NCBI GenBank assembly: GCA_951406725.2
Contig: OX597824.1
Location: forward strand, 59,272,001 to 59,336,000
Reading direction: 5' to 3'
DNA: 64,000 nucleotides
Source: Octopus vulgaris
Taxonomy: Eukaryota
The translations under genes and the position numbers were made by a program. Positions 25,375 through 41,649 of this stretch are shown piece by piece (within the stretch, counting starts at the first letter, position 1; each line of letters begins with the position of its first letter). The notes beneath the pieces are model-generated. The model searched no databases. It was not told where the DNA came from and saw only the letters and a program-made list of their open reading frames with translations.

Positions 25375-27714
25375 TCGTTATTGACAAAACACCTGGAAAT
25401 GTTGTTGTTAACTCAAAGCTAGCGGTAATAAAGGAATGTAACGATCCTGAGGTGTTATGGCACAATATTCATGACAGCATCAAATCATCTGCAGATGTTG
25501 CTCTGGGGTTCGTGAAACGCAAGCACCAAAATTGGTTCGACAAGAACGATTCTCAATTTAAACCTCTCCTAGAAACTTTGCACAAGAGACACAAGGCGTG
25601 GATCTCAGACAAAACCTCACCAACACTGAGATCCTTATACATTTCCTCTAGAAAAACTACACAGAAAAACTGCGTGTGATGAAAAATTCATAGAATTGGA
25701 ACAGGCTGCTAACTCTCGCAACTTGAGAGCACTGTATATCAATCTAAAGGGTTTTATTTGGTCCAAGAAAGGATGCCACAGAACCTATTCTTTCTAGCGG
25801 TGGAACAAAACTCTAAGTAGCAAAATGAAATTCAGAAATGCTGGACTGAACACTTTAAATCTGTAATTAAATCAAGAATCCTACCGCTTCTGAAGTAATC
25901 AACGAAATCCCCCAGTGGTCTATAATTGAAGAACTAGCGGAAGATCCTTCTTTGGAAGAGATAAGTGCTGCTATCAAAACAATTCCCAATGGTCAGGCTC
26001 CTGGACAAAACCGTATTCCTATAGAGGTGTACAAGCATGGTGGCAGACAAATTGTAAGAAAGCTGCGCAAATTGATTTGTTTGATCTGGGAAAGTAAATC
26101 TCTTTCCCAGCAGTTCAAAGATGTATCTATAACGCACTTGTCCAAATTCAAAGGAAAGAAGAGTATATGTGATAATCACAAGGAATAAGCACGTTGTGAA
26201 TAGCTGGAAAAATTCTTGCGAGGGTAACCCTCAACCGCATCTATAAACATGTAATAAACAGCATATATCCTGAATCCCAATGTGGATTTCGACCTGGGAG
26301 AGGCACAGTTGACATGGTATTTGCCCCCCGACAAGTTCGAAAGAAAGCATGTGAACAAGATACTGATTTGTATATGATCATTGTCGACTTGACCAAGGCC
26401 TTTGATACAGTGAATCATGAGGCGCTCAAGAAAATTTTGTCAAAAGTTGGACTTCCTGATAATATGATGAAGGTAATAGTATCCCTGCATAAAAAAATGA
26501 TGGTAACAGTGATATCTAATTGTCAATGTTCAGAGGCATTTTCTGTTGCCACTGTACTTTTTTCCATATTCTTTCCAAAGATGCTCCAGCATGCTTTTAG
26601 GGATTACATGAATGTATAAAATTCCAGTTTCGCACAGAAGGAGGTCTATTAAATGTGGAAGGGCAAAGTTTCAGATCAAAGAAAAAGACCAAGGAAGAGA
26701 TCCTGCATAACTTACTGTTTGCTGATGGTTGTGCTTTGATTTTTCACATATTTGAGGGAATTCAGGAAACGGTCGACAGGTTTGTTGCGGCAGCTCGTGC
26801 ATTTAGACTGACTGCACCAAGAAGAATGGTGCTTTATTCCAACCAAGGCCTAGGGCAGGATATACTCAAGATTCAAACTTGATGATAAACAACAAGCCTC
26901 CCAAATGGATCAGGTCATTTAAACATCTTGAAAGTACAGTAAATTTGAAGAGACTCTTGGCGACAAAATCAATGTTAGAATGGCTAAGGCAACAAGTGCT
27001 TTTGGAAGACTTGTCCATCCTTTGTGGGATGAACGCGATGAAAGTCTGAAAACGAAAATAAGTGAATACAAATCTTGTATTATGAGCACGCTTTTTATGG
27101 AGCAGACATGAAGAAACTTGAAACCTTCCACATTTGCTGTTTGCACAATATATGCAGCATAAAATGACAAGATAGGATATTCAATGCCAAAATCTTAGGA
27201 AGGTGTGATATCTCCAGTATTCAAAGCATGCTGATGGGAATTCAGGCAGATAGTTAGGACATGTTCGAATGAAACATGACCGCATTCCGAAAATTCTTCT
27301 GTATGGCTAACAGGTGGTTGGATATCGCGGTAAAGAAAGACTTGTTCTTAGATATAAGCATAAGTTGAAGCAATCCCCAAAATCTTTACAGCTTAACTTG
27401 ACATCTTGGGACATCGATTTGCATAGCGTAAAAAAGGTTACGAGGCATCCAAACAATTTGAATTGAAGAAAATGAACAATAAAGAGCCATAACCTGCAAT
27501 CAACAGACACACTTGCCCAATCCCAGGTAAAATCAAAATTGTCACTGTCTCTATTGCGACTTCATAGCAAAATCCATACCTGAACTGACTGAAATTACAT
27601 TCACACAGCCATCGCAAATATATGCAGCTTCTTAGTTGCTTTTTATGTTTTTAACTATGTCCCCTCCTGCAAACGCTGATACGTCGAAACCAACGGGAGT
27701 AACCATCATTATTA
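25375..27714 (+). mobile_element. 5'-truncated, decayed RTE-clade LINE
   Basis: Fragments RKHQNWFD, GQAPGQNRIPIEVYKHGG, ESQCGFRPGRGTVDMVFA, VDLTKAFDTV and LLFADGCAL (FADD motif), a C-terminal CxxC remnant and a CAT/TAT-type tail. Many stops and frameshifts. Confidence 0.9.
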
Positions 27715-28859
27715 ACCAGACAGCTGTAAAAATTGAATATAGGACCAGCTTTATTTCCTTTGATACTGAAAGCTAAAGTAGTTCAAATGCTGTCACTAGA
27801 GCTGTGTGGTGATACTCACTAATCTTCATTTATAACGATCATACGTAGATAGCTGCAAGAGGCTTTGACAGCCATGTTAAATTTTATGTTTGCCTGTGAG
27901 TTTGATGCAGTTCATGAGAAACAGTTCATTTTACTCTTATATTTATCCACAGTACATAACGATCAAGTGAGTTTTTAAGGGTCAATTCATGAGAACATTT
28001 CCATTTATGTTAGGATATTGGTTGCATTATTTAGGAGTAAGTTTTTTTTATTTAATATGGAATAAGCTTTATAATTTTTGTGAGATTTTCGGCTGGAGCT
28101 AAAAACTGCAGTCATCCTTGGCCAAGCATGCATACGACTAAAGGTGTTCTAACAGTGCTCATCCTGTTTAGAAATATTTTATCTATTGTAAATATACGAC
28201 AGGCTTTCAACATGTTTATTCGTCTTGCTAAACTTAGCAGTAAGATCTCTCTCAGATCACATAGTGCTCTCTTTAAGAACAAAGAACATAACCAACAGCG
28301 TGATCCTCGATTTTCAAAAACACGGACAGCTTCGTCTGACTTAGAGCTAAACAACAACTTTATCCGATGTGTCCTTCCTTTTAAAGGTAGAAAGATTTGA
28401 TTCCAGGCTTGTCTGGCTGCTATTTCTCGTTAGTCTTCTAACTATATACAAGCTATTTATATTTATATTTTAGTGTTTACTTTGTTTTTAGTTTGTTAGT
28501 TTGTAAGCTAACTACAACTGCGTTTTCTTGTCTGTCTGTTTATCTGTCTAATCAGGACCAATATATTTAAACATAACAATATGTCTTTCTTTTACTTCAT
28601 TTTATACCACTTTAAAATCTACAGAATAAAACTAGAATAGCTAGAAACTTTGTTTCTACCAAGAACCATTTCCCGAACTGGAACAAATGACCCAATTGTT
28701 TGATGTATAAGTGAACTTCCATTCTACGTCGAGCAATACTTCTGTTATCAAAGATCATCATGCAGAACTATTACTGTCACAGTAGCCAACATTGAGTTGT
28801 TAAAGGTATTTCTCAAAGTATTTTTAATGTGTTTCTCTGAAAAGAAAACACCTTGAGAA

Positions 28860-29200
28860 ATACATAATATAGGGTACTGAAGTCAAGAAAAGACAGTATG
28901 GCTATATAGGGCTGACAGAACGGCTACACAATATCGCCTACAACAACGTAGCACCTCATATTTCACTACTACAGAGAAAACAGCAGCATTGTATGTACTT
29001 CCGAGACAAGCTTGGAGAGCGATACACATACATCATGTGATCAATTATAAACCGAGCACCAACAATTAGCAATCGATCAACATAGTGTGACATCTCATCA
29101 CCAGAAATACTAATCGCTATCCGCCAACCAACCAAATTTTATAGAATGAAAACCATGATTAATTTCAACCTACTTCGCATAAATAAATTCTTGCACATAA
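28860..29200 (+). pseudogene. Highly degraded PLE GIY-YIG remnant
   Basis: YGYIGLTER ... *SIINRAPT...*CDI resembles YIGxT and WSIIxxAxxY...CxLC of the copy near 42.3 kb. Confidence 0.45.
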
Positions 29201-29599
29201 AATTTAGGGGAACAATTATTTTTCATTATGAAATGCTCTTGTCTTCAAAGTCTATGTTACAGTCTTTTAAGAACAGGGTGTTCAAATTGCACTATTAATT
29301 GTTATTCGTTTTAATTCACTAACCCACAACTCTCTTATATCAGAGTTAATTCAAGCGTTCAATATTGTGTTACGTAACTAACATTTTTATCCTTACACAC
29401 TACTTTCACCATCAGATATTTGTTCTAATGGGTTTATTGCAATAATAATTTATTCAAATTAAAACGCCATTATCGTAATTATGAGCATTATAGTATTTGG
29501 AAAAATCATAGACTTAACCAAATCTAATTAGGTTAATTCCTTTGAACAGAAAGAAATCCCTATAATGAAAGAAATCTATTTTCATAACTGAACTTGGTC

Positions 29600-30470
29600 A
29601 TAGAGATGTACGGTGAACCTATTGCAGCAGATGGCAGAGAATAAACTGGAAAATATCTTTGCAAAATTGGGATTTCGGATTTGACCGAATAAGATGATAT
29701 GGATGATTGGAGCGGCGGTGGAGATAAATATGGGATGACGTGGGCTTGCAAAATAACTCTGTCACTATTCTACCTTAAGAAAACTTGACTTTTGTGTCCA
29801 AAAATTCAACGCTAGTTTTTGGAAAACTAGACGAAAATTTTATGTTGGATTTAAAGCCATAGTTCCTAGCATAACAGTCAAAGAAGTGCAAGAAGTCGTC
29901 AATGAACGGTAACCAGAGTATTGGTTCACGACAATGAAGGGGTTTGAATGTCTTCAGTAACTGAGTCCCGAATTTCGTTATGAAGACATTAGCGAAATTA
30001 ACTGCCATGGGGGTACCCATGGCACAACCCTTCATCTGGTGGTAAAATCTTTGTCTAAACTTCATTATGTTACTTTCTAACACAAACCTCAATTATCTAC
30101 AGAGAAAATTTGATAGAATACTTTTGTTTGACCGCTTTTCGAAGGCATCCATGCATGCTTCTACCCCTTCATTTTGGTCAATATTGGAAGAAACATCCAT
30201 GATTACCAAGGAAGAAACATCCATAGTTACCAAAAAAGAAACAAAAATTCCCAATACGGCCTCTGTTGTTGATTTTAGATACAAAATCAAAGGTAACCCG
30301 AAAGTAGGAACTTGATCGTTTTGCGACGGGGAGCAGAAAGCCATCCAGCCATTCCGAAATTTTGGCCGTGCAACATTCATATCCGCTTCAAATTGAGCGC
30401 ATTGGAGGAAATCTTTCGAACTTTTTGTGTATTTTAGGAAGACCATAAAATATAGGTGTTCTTCGTTCAC
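29600..30470 (-). pseudogene. Penelope-like reverse transcriptase fragment
   Basis: LVTMDVSSL...NIDQNEGVEAC; YHQMKGCAMGTPMAVNFANVF; WLPFIDDF; SVEFLDTKV; TELFCKPTSSHIYLHRRSNHP...KSQF. Confidence 0.88.
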
Positions 30471-30519
30471 TGACGACGTATTTTTTTTGGGGGGGGGGGG
30501 AAGGATCACAGGACAGTTT

Positions 30520-32147
<1,628 letters not shown>

Positions 32148-32373
32148 CATTATTATTATTATTATTATTAAGGAGGCGAGCTGGCAGAATTGTTAGCACG
32201 CTGGGCAAAATGCTTAGCAGCATTTCATCCCCTTTTATGCTCTGAATTCAAATGCCATCGGGGCCGACTTCGCCTTTAATACTATCAGGTCATCAAAATT
32301 TCATCTCTAGTGGCTGTAGTAGAATCATAATTATTATTTTTATTGTTGCTGTTATTATTATTGCCGATTTTTT

Positions 32374-32449
<76 letters not shown>

Positions 32450-32519
32450 CAATATACACGAGTATGTTACATATATGCGAAACAAGGTGGAAAAAATAGT
32501 ACTCGAACAACTCGAATAC

Positions 32520-32655
32520 CTGAGAGTTTTGCGTTTCCATTCCTCGGACAGTTGTGATTACAATTTTATATCAGTCTTGATCACAACTGTCCGACGAACG
32601 GAAATATAAAACTTTGAGTAACAGTCTTGTGATGTTTCTGCAGCTTTAATGAAAG
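32520..32655 (+). repeat. Foldback element in (TA)n with a degenerate HHR at 32587-32624
   Basis: Arms about 32520-32559 and 32580-32618. The motif reads cugu-CCGACGA-acggaaauau-AAAA-cuuugag-UA-acag; the opposite arm preserves ggaaacgc of stem II. Confidence 0.55.
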
Positions 32656-32720
<65 letters not shown>

Positions 32721-33695
32721 AGGTTTTAATTTTTTTTTAATTCAACCGATAAAAAACAAATTTCATACGATCTCACAACCATAGTCTCTAAAACATAAAA
32801 ACTAAGGAAGATATTCGTGTGTGTGATTGTGTGCGTGTGTGCGTGTTTGTTGAAGTGTGTGCTTGTGTTTATGTATGACTTTATACTTGTGTATGTATAT
32901 TGTATATGTCTGTCTGTGTTATAGGTGAGGTTTTGTTTTGTTTTTTTTCTGCTTCATATAATTGTCTTTTGATCTGTGACAGACCAATCAACTTCTATCC
33001 ACATTAAAGAGTTGTATAGACACATAGGTCATGAAAGGTCATGAAAGGTCATGAAAGGTCATTACACTCGTATTGTCGATATGATGGAAGATGTTCGGTG
33101 CAGTTTTAGTGCACGGTTCTATCAACAATCACTACCAAATCATCTGCATGAAGGGCGTCAGCGAGGGCTCTAAATTGGTGTGTATGTGTGTGAGTGTGTG
33201 TGAGTATGTGTGTTGGTGTGTATGTGTGTGTCTGCATGTGTGCGTGTGCGTGTGTGTGTGTGTGTTTGTATGTGATTGTGTGTGTGCGTGCTTGTGCATG
33301 TATGCGTGTGTGTGTGCTTGTGTACCATATCTACATACATTCTTATATTCATATACATACACATAAATATATACTTATACAAACACACGCAGAGGCAGAG
33401 CTAATAGATACATAGATATATATACTGACGAACAAACATACGGATGGACACACAGACAGATATGGTGGAGGAATGTTCGGACATTATACCCTTTGTCCTT
33501 CATAACAGGAGTCTCCTGTAATTATATTTGATTACTGGAATAGGGTGAAAGCAACCGGAGTGAATACAATAGAGAACAACCAGACGACAGACAGACGTTC
33601 ATTTTCTATCACTGGCACTGCTTAGTGTCCATAATTAAATCATTTAATTATAATATCAGAGCAACATAAGAAAGCAAGATAAGAACGACACGCCG

Positions 33696-34112
33696 CTCTA
33701 ACGAGACATTCTCTCTAACTTAAGTCATTAGCGCTCTTATTACAATCACCAGTCTCTAAATAGAGTCATCAGTGCTCTAACTAGACTCGCCCTTTCCATC
33801 TAGAATCAACGGCATTCTAACTAGTTTCACCGTCACTCTACCTTAAGCCAATACCACTCTATACAGCACCATTCTTCTAAGAGTCACCAGCACTTTAAAC
33901 TAGACGCGTTCTCTCTAACTATAATCACTAGCACTCTGCCTGGAGTCACCAGCGTTTTTCTACTTAAAATGGCCATCACACTACCTTGAGTCAATGCCGC
34001 AGTAAATGAAGTCATTATCACTCTGCATTGAGTTAAGTAACCCTAACTCTAAATAAGAGTCGTCGGCACTTTATCTTGACTCAGTCACTATCTCTCTACC
34101 CAAAGTCACCAC
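33696..34112. repeat. Degenerate ~21-bp minisatellite, consensus about CTCTAACTAGAGTCACCAGCA, about 20 units
   Basis: Recurrent ctcta...gagtca.cagca units at 20-23-bp spacing. Confidence 0.75.
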
Positions 34113-36767
34113 CGTACAATTACCAAGACATGCGCCACCATGCAGTGTTGAGTCATCTAATCTTACGAGTCTAAATCAGAAGTTGCCTCGCTAACAAGTT
34201 TCGAACCTGAGTTCTCCTCATGTTCCCAGCCCTGGTGTAACTTTTATTTCGGACTGCATCAATAATTTAGATTTGATATATGAACGATTTATCAAAGAGT
34301 AGTCATTGTTGATAGTAGATTTACGTAAGCTTTACAATTTCTAGTTTCAAAATACATCTTTCTCAGTTTACGTCAAATATTTACTTTATCTTTCACCCAT
34401 CTTGCATGACATAACCTGAAACATTTTTAAAATGATAATTACATTTAATTATTCATTTACTATTGTTATACAAGACCTGACTTTCATTTATTACTGTTAT
34501 GTTGTCCATCTTGGTAGAGTCGGTGTAGTGTCACTATAGCGTGTTATTATTTTCAGACAGGATATTTATCACATCATATACTTATCTTTCCAGAGTTTAA
34601 GCATTCAAGTGTGATGCGATGGATATTTGGCAGCTATTTCTAACAGTCCTTCCGAACGCGTACAGAGTTTCTCAAGGTTCTTTCATACCGTTTTATCTGC
34701 ACAGGTGAAAAGTAGATAATGATACAAAACTAAAAAAAAATAATGTAATTCTAATATAAGATTTTGTAGCCGTCACCGCGAACGAATATAACTTGATTGC
34801 TTGTACCATGCTTTTGCTAATTGTTTTAGCTACGAGCAAATACAGACACTCTTTCAGCCCTCTCATGGATTGAACTAGAGGGAGAAAGGGAAGTAAAAAC
34901 CGCAAGGAGAGAGGGACGCACCGCACTTGGCTGGTACTCATTTTCAGCTGAGTACACTAAAGCAGTGAGAAACAGAATACCTTACTCAAGTACTGCTACA
35001 CAGTCGAGGAATCAAACCCATAACATTACGGTCATGAACGTAACATCATAACCACTAGGCCACGCGCCTTCATTTTTGCTCATAATTATAGCTTATAGCT
35101 TATAACACCTGATTTATAAATTACCAATATAATATTGTTTTTAACATTACTAGAACAGGACCAAACGTTTTGAACGTTGGGCAATACGATTGACATTTTT
35201 TGACTGCGAAAGGATGAAGGTAAAACTTGGTGAATGGCAAAGATTTAACCCAAAATGTAAATGACCGGAAAAGTTACCGCATAACATTTTAGTCCCACCC
35301 ACTAACTTTTCTACAAACCTACCAACATACAATATTGATATTTAACTAATATATCAAAAAGAGTTTTATTTATATAATAATATTATCTACTTTAGGCACG
35401 AGGCCTGGGAGAAGTGCCTAGTGGATTACATTAACGCTAGTTCTCGATTGGTACTTATTTTGTCGACCTCGAAAGGATAAAAGTTAAATTCGATTTCAGT
35501 GGCATTTGAACTCAGTACGTAAAACGAGAAGAAACGCCACCCGCCATTTTATCCGGTGTGCTAACGATTTTGCCAGTTCACCGATTTAAATATTATTATA
35601 ACAACGATTTCTTTATTATTTATTTATACTATTAAATAATGAAAAGACTAACAACACTAATATAACACAATAATATTAATATAAAACTAATATAAGAAAA
35701 GACTCATAATATAACAACATTGATGTAATGCTATAATGCTATATGGAGACGTGTGGAGGCTGAGTAGTTACATTCTTGCACTCATGATCGTATGATTTTA
35801 GCCTCGACCCTTTAACCGGGCGGCACGTTTTGTTCTTGTCCAAAACAGTTCATTTCATATTGCTCCGACCACTCAGCTGGTAAAAAATGAATAATCCTGT
35901 GAGAGACCAACATCCCGTCCAATCGTGGCTATGTGGTAAGAATCACATGGTTCCGATTTCAGTCCCACAGTGTGGCGCCTTGTGCAAGTGTCTTCCATTA
36001 TAGCCCCAGGTGGACAAAGCCTTTGTGAGTGGAAATTGAAAAAAGCCCATCGTATATACATATATACACATATGTATCTGAGGGTGTGTGTTTGTGTTTG
36101 CCCCCCCCCCCCCCTAAGCTTACACACACACCGCATAACTTAGCGGGGCACAACCTTGAAGAATTATAGTCGATCCCAGTACTTACCTTCATTAAACCTG
36201 GTACTTTTTTTTTTATCGAACCCGAAAGGATGAAAGGCAAACTAGACGCCGGCGGAGTTTGAACTCAGAACGCCATGCATTTTTCCAGGCGTTCTAATGA
36301 TTCGACCAGCTCGCTACCTTATATTGTGACGATATTGGTTTCAAACTTTGGCAAGAGATCGGTTATTGACACAAGTTTGGTTATTATGATTATATTGATC
36401 CCAATTTTCGATTGGTACTTATTTATTGACCTTGAAAGGATGAGAGACAAAGCCGAACTCGGCGGAATTTGAACACAGAATGTAAAGACGGACGAAGTAC
36501 TGCTAAGCATTTTGCCTGGTGTGCTAAAGACTCTGCCAACAGCCGACTTATATTGTGACATTATTAATACCTGATGAGAAGGACTTTGTTTGGTGAGTTT
36601 CTTCCTCTGTTCGGAGAAAGATGAGCTCTGCTAATTCCACTCCTCCTCCCTACTTTTACCACAACAGTATTCACTAAGATCCTTAACGCTTCATTAGTTT
36701 ATTAGGCTCATCTATGTATATGGACTTCTAATTAACACAAGTAACAATATTATATATAAGTTGAATT

Positions 36768-37150
36768 GAGGCGGCGAGCTTGCAGAATCGTTAGCACGCC
36801 GGAAAAAATGCTTAGCGGCATTTCGTCTGTCTTTACGTTCCGCTGAGATCGACTTCGCTTTTCATCCTTTTTCGATAGATGAAATAAGTACCATTTGAGC
36901 GCTGGAGTTGATTAAATAGTAACATTTTAGTACTAGGGTCGATTAAATAAATACCAGTTGAGTCCTGGAGTTGATAAAATAAGTATCATTTGAGTACTGG
37001 GGTCGATGAAATAAATGCCATTTGAGTCCTTGAGTCAATAAAATAAGTACCCTTTGAGTACTGTGGTCGATAAAATAAGTACCAGTTGAGTCCTGGGGTA
37101 GATGTAATCGATTAGTCCACTTCGAGCATTTCTACCAAAATTTGAAATTC
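36768..37150 (+). mobile_element. SINE family A copy with a 7x internal amplification of a 32-bp unit (36878-37100)
   Basis: Head ggcggcgagcttgcagaatcgttagcacgccgg; unit about GATAAAATAAGTACCAGTTGAGTACTGGGGTC. Confidence 0.85.
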
Positions 37151-40085
37151 TTATACCTAAGTCGAACAAATTATAGTCTTAATCCTACGAGAGTAAGGAT
37201 AACTTTATTCGTTTTTGTCTTTTGTTTGTTTTTTTAAATCTTATCAATGAGAGTATTTTTCGAACCGTGTATCAGTTTGCTTGAAAGAAATATGAATTTA
37301 TATTAATATTCTACAACGATTCCAGCACGAAAGAAATGAAGTGCATATGAACATGATAGCAAAAATGAAAAATAAAATCCTGTATTTGTTTCCTTTATTT
37401 TTATTTTTATTATTTAATATTTTTAATCATTTATCTATATTTTCATCGTTTTTTTCTTTTACTTTTATCAAAACTCTCCTCTTTGTTTTGATTTATTTTT
37501 TTAATAGATTACATTTGTTTGTTTGTTCCAGTCGCCTCTCTCGCGTTCACAGCTGCAACATTCAGATGTCAACAAGCAAGGAAGAATTCATAGCTAAAAG
37601 TAAAAGATACAGAGAGTATTCATCATTCTACACTTTCGCATCGGCCAGGGTGGCGGAAGGGTGCATTCTGCTCACAGAAGTCTTTAAAACTTACACAAGA
37701 CTCTTTATGTTTTAAAGAACTGTTATTTTGTTTTTATTTTTTTATACCTCTCTTTCCCCCCTCTCTCTCTCTCTTTCTCTCTCTCTCTTTCTTTCTCTTT
37801 CTATTAATCTTTGTCTCTGTTCCTTGTACTTAACGCGAAAAACTTTCTACTCGAGCAACCAAAATAACTTCGGTAGATAGCAAGAAATCGGTGAATAACT
37901 TGTTAAGTGTCTACCACGTAGGTATCCAGATAACCGCGTATATTTGCACTTAAAAGAGAAAAGCACACATGTATAGGCGTGCGCATAAACTTACATGTGA
38001 CAATATGTATGAGTTTTTTTTATATACTTGTGCGAGTATATTTGTGTAAGAGCGATACATACATAACATTCATACACATATACACGCACACACACGCACA
38101 CTCACACACATCCATGCATATGTAGAGTGGGAGGGTAAGAAGTTTGATTTTTTAATATATATAAATATATATAGAGGGAGAGGTAGACAGAGAAGGTCAC
38201 TTATATAAATAATGTGTGTGTGTATACATGTATACATATATGTATATGTATATAACTAACCCTAGTACATGACCGATATTATATTTCATCAAACCCGGAA
38301 GAATAAATACAAGGTTTAGCTTGGTGTTAATTGTCAGAACGTTGAGAGTTGGGTGAAATACCTTATGTTATTTTGTCGAATGTTCTTACGATTCTGCCAA
38401 TCCATTAAAATTCTCAAGAGTCTTGTGAACCGTTATAAGTTATGACTCATTGCTCCCTGTGAATATTAGGAAAATGGCAAAACTATGCGGAAGATTAACC
38501 GGATGGACCTAAGAATATTTGAAGTAGACATGCAAGAGGATATGTTTGTTTCTTGAAAGACATAAATTCTCAGCCACCTTGACTATGACTCCCTGCTGTG
38601 GTGGAGCCTCATACTTCCAAATTCACTTCAGTTCTAGAGACAAACCAAATGATCAACTAAAAGAAAAACATTGATATTTACCGAATAAAACATCGAGAAA
38701 GAAGACACTTTTGAAGCTGTATTCCTTGGATTGAACGTGGAAACAATTTTTTGTCATCATAACTAACGAAATGCTAACGAATCTGCTAGCTCACCATCTT
38801 AGTGGCATTTCGTCCGTCTTTATGCTCTGAGTTCAAATTCCGCCGTAGCCAACTTTGCCTTTCATCCTTTTGGGGATGATATAATGAGTACCCCAGTTGA
38901 GCACTGGAGTCGATCTAATTGGTTTTGACCGTTACCCCCAAAATTCTGGTTTTGTGCAACAATTTGAAATCAATATTACCTTATTGTTGTTGTATAATTA
39001 GGTACTGGTGCCAAACTATAGCATAAAAAAATTATATAAGGACACGAACAGGGTGCCATTGTGTCATGTTTCTCTTCAAATAACATTTAGAAAGCAATCT
39101 CCATGACTAGAGTAAGAATGTTTTCCACAGAATAGGATTCTAGCTTGAATGCTTACAACGGAATGTGTTCTGCTAAAAGCATTCGAGAACCAGGTAAGCG
39201 CGTTAAAACGGACGCCATATTAGGTGTGCCACTCTTTATTTACTTTCCATCGTGGGTGTCCTAATGGTTAGAATGTTGGGTTCACATTCATAAGGTCATG
39301 GCGTCCATACCTTGATTCAAAATAGTTAGCGAAAGTGCGGTGCTTTCTACTTGTTCATAGATGCATATATATGAAGACTATTCATCATGTTATGTTTATG
39401 TTTATACCGAAAAGCATTTACCGATATCGGAATTGAGAGGAGTATTTAGATAGAAACACTGGGAGTATTGAGAGAGACATTCTGTCTACATAAACTCCCT
39501 GAATACGATCGTTTCGTCATTCTTCGGTAATATCCCTAAAATATTTCAACCCGAACCAAGTAGAAATACTAAAAATTTCATATCATGATGCCATTCTAGT
39601 ATTGCGGGTTTCTGAAATCAACTCCATTAGTCCAAATTGTTGTTGTTATTAGAAAATCTATGGTCAACTAAATCAAGCAGATCTGTCAACAAAGGCTAGA
39701 GTGAACACGCTTTTTTTAAGGCATATTGAATTTTAACAACATTACTTAATATGTAATTTAATTTTGAAGGCGATACGGATTGAACTGAAGGAGATTTGGC
39801 TGCTAATTCTCACGGGAAGAGAAGAAAGAACGCCAATTAATTGTTCCTTCTAGTATCTTTTCTATTGGTGTCAATCTAAAGGTCTTCATACGAATCATCA
39901 ACCAATCAGTCAGATAAAACATGCTGTGATTATATGGGTCATGAACACAACGTCATTATGCTGTTAATGGATATATATATATATATATGTCTCTACACAT
40001 ATACATAGATACATACATAGATTCATACATACATACATACATACATACATACATACATACATACATACATACATACATACATACA

Positions 40086-40119
<34 letters not shown>

Positions 40120-40600
40120 CATGGCGTAAAACTGGAAAGATTTCTACAGATTTTGTCAAATAAGAAATCCTCAGGCCCAGACCTTATAACGAGTTACTTG
40201 GCTAAAGGATATACATATAAACACATACACATATATATGTATGTATATACTCATACATTTGAATAGACGGATGTGCACACACGTTTTTACGTGTAAATAT
40301 TAACGTATGTATGTGTATATGTATATGTACTTTATAAGAGTCTGCGTGTAGCTGGAGAAGCAATGTGAATTGCTGTATTTTTTTTTTATTTCTTTATTTC
40401 AGTCATTTGACTGTGGCCATGCTGGAGCATCTTCTTGAGGGTTTTTCTAGTTGGGCATATCGACTCTAAAAGTTATTTCTAGTACTTATTCTATTGATCT
40501 CTTTGCCGAACCATTAAGTGACGGGCACCCAGACACAGCAGCATCGGTGGTCAAGCGGAGACAAACACAGACACAAAAACACACATGCATGTATATATGT

Positions 40601-40672
<72 letters not shown>

Positions 40673-40919
40673 GACGGTCTTCTTTCAATTTTCATTTACC
40701 AATTCCACTCACAAAGTTTTGATCGGCCCGAGGAAATAGTAGAAAACACTTGCCCAAGGTACCACGCAGTGAGACTGAACCCAGAAGCATGTGTTTGTGA
40801 AGCCAGCTTCTTACCACACACCTACGTCCGCGCCTATGGATACATGTGTATAACGCCTATGTGTGTGTGTCTGTGTGTGGGAATGTATATATATATAAAT
40901 ATATATATATATTTATGAG

Positions 40920-41002
<83 letters not shown>

Positions 41003-41649
41003 ACAGACACATCCTTCTAACACATACATACCCTACAACGAAAAATACATCTTGCATCTTTGTGATATATAATCTGTTTACCTTAGCTGATCGTTCTGTA
41101 GAGACCGGAAGTTTCTAGTCTCCTGCGGTATCTTTTGTTTTCCATTGGTTTCACTAAAGTCCGTTGATAAAGACATGTTTTAAGAAACAGGGTGCACCTA
41201 AGGACCTCCTTTTTCTCTTCACTGCACAGACACTCTCTGAGGACTGCTTCGTTGTTATTTCTAATTATGAGAGCAATTTACAGCTAATCAGATTTACTGT
41301 TTCTTGGAGTAAGTATATATATATATATATTATGCATGTATACATATGTATGTATATATATGTGTGCGTGTGTATGTATGTATATACATACATGCATATG
41401 TGTGTGTGTTTATGTGTGTGTGTGTGTACATGTATGTATATATGTATGTATATATACATGTATATTCTCCAGACTGAATGGTACTGCTCAGGTGTCGAAA
41501 CCCAAATATCCGTGAGGCAGCTGATGATGTTGGCATATTGGATTTTTTTTGTATATGTTGAATAGTATGATTGGATTGGTGGTATGGCTGTGGAATAATA
41601 TTATAACACATCCTTTTGATATACATATATATGTGTGTGTGTGTGTGTG

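Noticed and set aside
36878-37100. Regular 32-bp repeats resembling a CRISPR array
   Set aside because: Head-to-tail units with no unique spacers, SINE-derived, eukaryotic context and no cas genes.
37531-37715. Possible exon after a pyrimidine-rich tract (similar cases at about 18530-18570 minus and 49271-49308 plus)
   Set aside because: No recognisable protein similarity or consistent exon chain, so unsupported without transcript data.
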